This document shows, piece after piece, positions 6,155-11,443 of a stretch of 11,443 bases of DNA. The notes below the pieces were generated by a model. It saw nothing but the letters and a program-made list of their open reading frames with translations. It searched no databases and was not told the DNA's origin. The first letter of the stretch is position 1; every line of letters starts with the position of its first letter. Origin of the DNA: Oligoflexus sp. (GTDB lineage: Bacteria > Bdellovibrionota_B > Oligoflexia > Oligoflexales > Oligoflexaceae). Made by a program: the position numbers and the translations under genes. The stretch spans positions 1 through 11,443 of the forward strand of contig JBGSTX010000369.1 in the NCBI GenBank assembly GCA_041736305.1. Direction: 5' to 3'.

Positions 6155-8425
6155 ATGGCAGAGGCTTTTGATCTTCTGTACAACCTCAACCAAGAGACAC
6201 GCTCGCTCTTTCAAGAAAGGCAGGTGATCCTCAGTTTCAGCGGCTTCCTGCAAAAGCTCCAGGAAAAGCCCAACCTGATGATACGAAATGCCTCCCAATA
6301 TCTCTATGACACTTTCAATTACTTTGGCAAAACGACTCTCGACGAGTCTCATCAAAATCTCACCCGTTGGAAAATCTTTGATCTCGGAACCCACAAGTAC
6401 ATTCCCATCATCGGCTGCGAAGCGGTTCAGGATGAGATTTACAAGATCGTCACCGGTTTTGTCCGCCTCGGCTACTCCAACAAGTTGATCCTGCTGCATG
6501 GACCAAACGGTTCGGCAAAGACCTCAGTCATCGAGTCCTTGGCCCACGCGATGCAAAAGTACAGCGAGATCGAAGACGGCGCGGTCTATCGATTCAACTG
6601 GATTTTCCCTACCGATAAATCGCTCTCGGCCAACACGGTAGGATCTTCGGGACCTATCGGATTTAGTGGCGCACAAGAAGTAGAAACTGGCGTGCGTGAA
6701 GACTCCTTCGCCTTTCTCGACGAAGCTCGGATAGCCTCCAAGATCTTCTCCGAGTACAAGGAAAACCCGATTTTCCTCATTCCGATGCCTCAACGCGAAA
6801 CCTGGCTGCGCCGCTGGATCGCGAAAAACCAGGGCATAGCAGAAGAAGCCGTCGAGATCCCTCAGCACATCTTGCTCGCCGGACTCTCCAAACGCAACCA
6901 GCTGATTTTCGAAAATCTCCTGGCTGCCTACGAAGGGGATCTAGCGAAAGTCTTGAGGCACGTGCAGGTTGAACGTTTCTTCTACTCGAAGCAGTATCGG
7001 GTCGGGGTCGGTACCGTCGAACCTCAGATGTCGATCGACGCTTACGAGAAGCAGTTGACGATGGACCGCAGCATCGCCAATCTTCCCCCTATGCTGCACA
7101 ACATCAGTTTTCATGAAGCCGAAGGCCCCCTGATCGAGGCTAATCGAGGCATACTTGAATTCTCGGATATGCTGAAGCGTCCTATCGAGGCCTTTAAGTA
7201 CCTGCTCTCGACGGTCGAAAGGGGCAATCTCAATCTGCCTTCGGCAACGACCAATCTCGATGTGGTCTTTTTCGCAACGACCAATGAAAAGCATCTCGAT
7301 GCTTTCAAGACGATTCCCGACTTCGCCTCTTTCCGCTCGCGCTTCGAGCTCGTCACTGCGCCCTATCTTCTCCGTCCCTCGCTGGAAGCGAAGATATATG
7401 AACAGGACATCAAGGGCCTGAACAAGACCAAGTTCATCGCACCTCATTCGATCGAGATGCTCTGCCTCTGGGCGGCCATGACTCGGCTGAAGCAGCCTAA
7501 TCCCGACTATTATGACTCCAAGTACCGGGCTTTGGTCGCACGGATCGATCCGAGGGCTAAGGTCAAGCTTTACGAGAGTGAGAACCTCAACCCCTACTTC
7601 AAGCCTCATGAGGAGGGTCTGCTCGAGGAGCTGCGGCAGACCATAGCCGAAGAATATCAGAACGTCGTCGCTTACGAAGGGCGTTTCGGTGCCTCGCCGC
7701 GCGAGGTTCGCAGCATTCTCTATCGCGCCATTCAAAACGAACGCTATACCACCCTCACTCCGATGGCCATTTTCGACGAACTCGAACGGCTGGTGAAGGA
7801 TAGAACCGTCTACGAATTCCTGCAGCTCGAGCCACGGGGCAAGTTCCATCAGCCGCAGGAATTCATTCAGGTGTGCAAGCGTGACTTTGCCGACGTCTTC
7901 GAGAAAGAGGTCACCTCCTCGATGACTCTGGTGGACGAGGAGCAGTACACTTCTCTGCTCAGTCGCTACATCGAAAACGTGGTGGCGCAGCTGAAGCGTG
8001 AAAAAATCTACAATAAATCCACCGGCGCCTACGATGCAGCCAATGAAGGCCTGATGCGCGAGGTCGAACGTATCCTGAAGATTTCCGGACCGACCGACAA
8101 GCACAGGGAATCGCTACTCGGTCGCGTCGCCGCCTTCAAGATCGACAATCCTAGCGAATCAGTCATAGTTGGACGCATCTTTCACGAGTATCTCGACACC
8201 ATCCGCGGGCACTACTACGACGAGCGCAAGAAGATGGTCGACGATAACTTCAAGGTGATGCTCAGTCTGGGTACGGACGAAATCAAAAAGTTCAAGCAGG
8301 ACGAGATAAGTTTGGCGGAAGTGACCTTCGATAATCTTCAGAAAAGATTCGGCTACACGCGCGAATCAGCTCACGACTGCCTCAAGTTCCTCATGTCCTT
8401 TAGAGGGCAGCAGCTCGTTTCCTGA
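6155..8425 (+). CDS. prkA: PrkA/YeaG-family AAA+ serine protein kinase
   Basis: Walker A LHGPNGSAKT, ANRGILEFSDMLK, TTNE, R..L...PYLL and EGRFGASPRE match PrkA-family segments. ATG at 6155 has GGAGG at 6144-6148, so it is preferred to 6101. Confidence 0.88.
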   Translation: MAEAFDLLYNLNQETRSLFQERQVILSFSGFLQKLQEKPNLMIRNASQYLYDTFNYFGKTTLDESHQNLTRWKIFDLGTHKYIPIIGCEAVQDEIYKIVTGFVRLGYSNKLILLHGPNGSAKTSVIESLAHAMQKYSEIEDGAVYRFNWIFPTDKSLSANTVGSSGPIGFSGAQEVETGVREDSFAFLDEARIASKIFSEYKENPIFLIPMPQRETWLRRWIAKNQGIAEEAVEIPQHILLAGLSKRNQLIFENLLAAYEGDLAKVLRHVQVERFFYSKQYRVGVGTVEPQMSIDAYEKQLTMDRSIANLPPMLHNISFHEAEGPLIEANRGILEFSDMLKRPIEAFKYLLSTVERGNLNLPSATTNLDVVFFATTNEKHLDAFKTIPDFASFRSRFELVTAPYLLRPSLEAKIYEQDIKGLNKTKFIAPHSIEMLCLWAAMTRLKQPNPDYYDSKYRALVARIDPRAKVKLYESENLNPYFKPHEEGLLEELRQTIAEEYQNVVAYEGRFGASPREVRSILYRAIQNERYTTLTPMAIFDELERLVKDRTVYEFLQLEPRGKFHQPQEFIQVCKRDFADVFEKEVTSSMTLVDEEQYTSLLSRYIENVVAQLKREKIYNKSTGAYDAANEGLMREVERILKISGPTDKHRESLLGRVAAFKIDNPSESVIVGRIFHEYLDTIRGHYYDERKKMVDDNFKVMLSLGTDEIKKFKQDEISLAEVTFDNLQKRFGYTRESAHDCLKFLMSFRGQQLVS

Positions 8426-8443
8426 AGGCCGACGGGCGCTTGG

Positions 8444-8484
8444 AAAAGCCTCCTCTTCTCCCACCGGAGGAGAGGAGGCTTTTT
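8444..8484. terminator. Bidirectional rho-independent terminator
   Basis: AAAAGCCTCCTCTTCTCC-CACC-GGAGGAGAGGAGGCTTTTT: an 18-bp stem with one G-U pair and A/T tracts on both sides, between convergent stops at 8425 and 8491. Confidence 0.9.
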
Positions 8485-8490
8485 CGCCTT

Positions 8491-9750
8491 CTAGTGCAGA
8501 ACGCGTTTAACGAGGATTTTCTGCGTTACCATTTCCGCCAGAAATTCTTTGAGACCGGGGAAGGTCTGAAGATCCTCCCTAAGCAGAAAACGCCAGTCGA
8601 GCTGATGAGCCTCGAAGCGGAAGAGCTCGAGAATCTCTCGCTGAGCGCTGGTGATGAAAAGCCGCCAGTCGACGGTCTTGCTATCCTTCCGGACAAAGAC
8701 CGTAAGGCAAAAGTCCATATCTTTGTAGAACTGGCTCTCGTCATCGTTTCTGGGATTGAGCGCAATATCAATGCGGGAGGCGAGAGCAAAGTAGCCTTCG
8801 GGTAGGTCCCAAAGCTTGGCGTAGGATTTAAGACAATGCTGCCAGAGATCGCGCGGCTTGGCCGCATCGCCCGGCTCGGCATCGAGGTCTTCGGGATCCA
8901 CCTGATCTTTTAGACGCCGCGGCACGGCTCGCACCATAGCTTTATCAAAAGCGTGCGACTCCCTTATCGGATAAGTATTAGCAATCTCCCAGAGCTTATC
9001 GCGATGCTGAACGACTGCGGCGGCACTCGCCTGCATGAGTTCGAGCTCGCGTCCGAACCAATCGCCCCAGAGTTCTTGCAAGGCTTCATCCTGCCAGCCC
9101 TCGCGAGACGACACCTTGTTGATGCGCGGTGCGAGCCGGTCGAAAGTCTTGAAATAAGCGTTCAGGTCGAAGCCTGCCTGCTCAAGTGCCCACTGACCAA
9201 GACCCATCTCAAGCTGACTGCCAAGCGTCTGCACCTTGCCCCAGAAGTTGTCGCCAGGATCGCCATGATCTTTCAAACAGAAGAAAGTCGAGCAAACCGC
9301 ATTGCGGAAAGCATGTATGGTGCAATAGCCGGTGCTTCGCTCGAGGTGGGGACAGAGAACTTTCTCGCTCTGCCCAAAACGGTCGTGTTCGAGGTCATCG
9401 AGATAATCGATCCACTGCGCGGGCGCATAGTGCATACCCTCAGGCAGGAGCAGGCCGCGGTCCAGCAGACCCTGCACCATAGCTGGTCCCTTAGGACTTA
9501 GGCTGGCGAGTCCAAGGAGAAAGGCCGGAACCCGTGGCAAATAGGTACAGCATCGATAGTCCGGCTTAAAGCCTTCGTAGCAACTCTTCGGGCAGTTCAT
9601 GCAGGTGGCCCGGCGCTCTTCAGGAAATTTGAGCGCTGTAAATTCGCGGGGCATCATAAATGCCCAGATTCCAGGAAACTGATGGGGTCCGATCCGAAGC
9701 GCCTGGAGCATCGGGTCGTCGGGCTGAAGCATTTGGTGGAGTTGCAACAT
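8491..9750 (-). CDS. Cysteine-cluster protein, YkgJ/PF03692-like (putative Fe-S or Zn binding), with a long C-terminal extension
   Basis: 419 aa. TCMNCPKSC...RCCTYLP, LCPHL, YCTIHAFRNAVCSTFFC follow the CxxC..CC..CPxL..C.I...R...C..F layout. GAGGG SD upstream; ends at the shared terminator. Confidence 0.75.
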   Translation of the reverse strand: MLQLHQMLQPDDPMLQALRIGPHQFPGIWAFMMPREFTALKFPEERRATCMNCPKSCYEGFKPDYRCCTYLPRVPAFLLGLASLSPKGPAMVQGLLDRGLLLPEGMHYAPAQWIDYLDDLEHDRFGQSEKVLCPHLERSTGYCTIHAFRNAVCSTFFCLKDHGDPGDNFWGKVQTLGSQLEMGLGQWALEQAGFDLNAYFKTFDRLAPRINKVSSREGWQDEALQELWGDWFGRELELMQASAAAVVQHRDKLWEIANTYPIRESHAFDKAMVRAVPRRLKDQVDPEDLDAEPGDAAKPRDLWQHCLKSYAKLWDLPEGYFALASRIDIALNPRNDDESQFYKDMDFCLTVFVRKDSKTVDWRLFITSAQREILELFRFEAHQLDWRFLLREDLQTFPGLKEFLAEMVTQKILVKRVLH

Positions 9751-9883
9751 GAAGTCTTTTTTCCCTCGATCAATGAAGGGCTATGATGAACAGAATCTCG
9801 AAAATCTTCAAGGATCCTTGAGTGCGCCCCTATGGCAAGCCTCAAAGTTCTTCCAGAGAAGACTTTTCGATGACGGCTAAGAG

Positions 9884-9913
9884 TTGCCAAATCCCCCCCA
9901 AAGGCGCTATAGC
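9884..9913 (+). promoter_or_regulatory. Candidate sigma-70 promoter of infC
   Basis: TTGCCA (9884-9889)-N18-TATAGC (9908-9913); the -10 element is imperfect. Confidence 0.35.
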
Positions 9914-9988
9914 AAGTATGGATAAGGTTAGGCTTAAAATCTGAAGCACCCTTTCGTAGATAGTAACAGCCATAGGAGTGGAAATTTT

Positions 9989-10474
9989 TTGAAAGTCCTA
10001 GAACGTTCTGACATTAGAACCATGAAGGAGGTTCGGCTCGTCGGTGAAGGTCGCAACGATATCGTTCAAGCAGCTGAAGCCTTGCGTATTGCCGAAGAAG
10101 AGGGAATGGACCTCGTTCTGGTCAGCACTCCCGAAGCAATTCCTCCCGTCGTTCGCATTGAAGACTTTAAAAAACTTCAGTACGAGAAGAAGAAAAAGCA
10201 AAAAGCCAATCGTCAGAAGTCGGATCTTAAAGAAATCCAGCTCAAAGCCAATATCTCAGACCACGACCTGCAAACTAAGGTCAGCAACATCGATCGCTTT
10301 CTCGAGCGCGGTGACAAGGTGAAAGTCGTAGTCCGTCTAAAAGGTCGTGAGCGCGATAATCCTCAACGGGCCCATGATCTCATCGATCGCGTCATAACCA
10401 CGGTGACGATCGCGTGCAAGTCCAATAAGGTTCCTGGCCCTATTGCGACGGCCATACTCGAACCCAGCAAATAA
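9989..10474 (+). CDS. infC: Translation initiation factor IF-3 (non-AUG start)
   Basis: IR..KEVRLVG, ALRIAEEEGMDLVLVS...PPVVRIEDFKKLQYE, KEIQL..NISDHDLQTK, FLERGDKVKVVVRLKGRE are IF-3 signatures. No in-frame ATG lies upstream of the conserved N-terminus; TTG at 9989 follows AGGAG (9974-9978). Confidence 0.95.
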   Translation: MKVLERSDIRTMKEVRLVGEGRNDIVQAAEALRIAEEEGMDLVLVSTPEAIPPVVRIEDFKKLQYEKKKKQKANRQKSDLKEIQLKANISDHDLQTKVSNIDRFLERGDKVKVVVRLKGRERDNPQRAHDLIDRVITTVTIACKSNKVPGPIATAILEPSK

Positions 10475-10500
10475 AATTTCGTCTCGTTCAAGATAAAATA

Positions 10501-10524
10501 AGATCCCGCTATATGCGGGGTTTT
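10501..10524 (+). terminator. Rho-independent terminator of infC
   Basis: CCCGC-TATAT-GCGGG stem (10505-10519), extendable with G-U pairs, followed by GTTTT and further T runs. Confidence 0.7.
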
Positions 10525-10630
10525 AACTTTTTGTCTGCGTCTAAGTATGTAGTTTTTCCGCCTTATTTCCCTCTCCCGTCTTTTCCTTTATGCTTCTGCT
10601 CAGTAAATCCCCATCTAGAGAGAGGTCCTT

Positions 10631-11017
10631 ATGACTCCAACTGACAATCGCGCAATTGACGCTATCTGGAAGACGGACTTGGACAACGCTCAGGAAAAGC
10701 TCGTGCTTTATCAGCTCGCCAGCAAACACGAACTCGGAGAACGCTATTCTTCCAATTGGAAAACTCTAGAAACTTTCATCGCTGACTTTCAGCCTCGCTA
10801 TGCGTCGATGAAAGACCTGCGCGATGGAACTCAGCTCAGCGAGATGAAACTCCAAAGAACCGTCGAAGCCCTGCTTAAAAAAGGCTATATTGAGGATCAA
10901 GGCCACACCGAAGACCGCGCAGGGGGCATTGAGACTCATGCATATGCGATTACGCCCAAAATATTTCAGGAGTATCGCCGGGTCCTACAAGCTCAGGGCA
11001 AGACTCTGCAAGCCTAG
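10631..11017 (+). CDS. Small winged helix-turn-helix DNA-binding protein (HTH_36-like)
   Basis: AGAGGT SD. IWKTDLDNAQEKLVLYQLA...YASMKDLRDGTQLSEMKLQRTVEALLKKGYIE...AYAIT matches the wHTH layout of phage replication-initiator-type N-terminal domains. Confidence 0.75.
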   Translation: MTPTDNRAIDAIWKTDLDNAQEKLVLYQLASKHELGERYSSNWKTLETFIADFQPRYASMKDLRDGTQLSEMKLQRTVEALLKKGYIEDQGHTEDRAGGIETHAYAITPKIFQEYRRVLQAQGKTLQA

Positions 11018-11018
11018 T

Positions 11019-11167
11019 CGGGTCTATCAAAGCCATGGCTGAGACCAGCTTTTCGCGACAGCTAAATGCGTGCGGAGGAGCTAGAGTCTTGGCCCTTAGT
11101 TTTTTTCTCCACGCCAGTTCTCTCGAAGCCACCATCATCACCTCAGCTCGCATCGGCGGGGGTCCCG
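11019..11167. other. Candidate long rod-like RNA structure in the intergenic gap
   Basis: Nested complementary segments found by eye: CGGG/CCCG, GCCATG/CATCGGC, GCTGAG/CTCAGC, GCTTTTCG/CGAAGC, AGCT/AGTT, GCGTGCGGAG/CTCCACGC, AGCTAG/TTAGTT. Confidence 0.3.
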
Positions 11168-11202
11168 CTCGGTACCGCAGCGCCCAAAAAGACATCAGTA
11201 GC

Positions 11203-11443
11203 TCAAGCTTCAGCGGAACTTTGCGCCTCGGCTATGTTTTCACGGATTTTGGACTGCTCGGCGGTGTCGATGCTGCAAGTTTCCGCATCGACAAAAATTC
11301 TAAAGCTGGGGTGAGCCATGACATCGATGGTAATCAGGTAGGCGTCTTTCTTGGCATGCTTTTGGAGCCCTGGGCTTTCTGGGTCGGAGGGGGGCGCGGA
11401 CAAATTAGACAGTACGACCGTGCCGAACCCGATCAAGACGAGC
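11203..11443 (-). CDS. 3' end of a hypothetical, probably membrane-anchored protein (5' end outside the window)
   Basis: The frame stays open to the window edge (LVLIGFGTVVLSNL...SSAEA*). Third codon positions are GC-rich as in the core genes, and there is a hydrophobic segment at the edge. Confidence 0.55.
   Translation of the reverse strand, partial: LVLIGFGTVVLSNLSAPPSDPESPGLQKHAKKDAYLITIDVMAHPSFRIFVDAETCSIDTAEQSKIRENIAEAQSSAEA

Noticed and set aside
6941-8104. 387-aa antisense ORF within prkA
   Set aside because: It is in codon register with prkA, where avoidance of TTA/CTA/TCA codons removes antisense stops; the composition is typical of shadow ORFs and no domain is recognisable.
8440-9501. 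Plus-strand ORFs of 121, 182 and 98 aa opposite the Cys-cluster gene
   Set aside because: Antisense shadows; the 121-aa ORF starts at the terminator hairpin and reads through it.
10950-11314. ORFs 10950-11195 (-) and 11066-11314 (+)
   Set aside because: Each overlaps a better-supported neighbour, lacks a good SD and gives an implausible peptide.

Overview
Bacterial chromosomal window; the gene mix and style suggest Bdellovibrionota (Oligoflexia-like) or a related deltaproteobacterial lineage, which is inference only. The left ~3.5 kb is lower in GC (about 37-45% in spot counts of 60-nt lines) and looks accessory. It holds a perfect 12-bp tandem array at the window edge, just upstream of a 482-aa winged-helix/Fic gene whose catalytic His is replaced by Gln. 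Next come a decayed segment resembling a fused polymorphic toxin-CT/immunity remnant and an orphan lipoprotein with a beta-barrel-like C-terminus. The rest is more GC-rich (spot counts up to ~55-63%) and looks like core genome: two small envelope proteins, a PIN-PhoH (PhoH2/YlaK-type) gene divergent from a solitary PrkA/YeaG-family AAA+ kinase, a Cys-cluster (YkgJ-like) protein, an orphan infC with a non-AUG start, a small winged-helix protein, a candidate rod-like RNA structure and a truncated minus-strand ORF. No rRNA, tRNA, CRISPR array or transposase was seen. The best lead is the repeat array plus wHTH-Fic(H>Q) module, followed by the hidden toxin/immunity remnant beside it.
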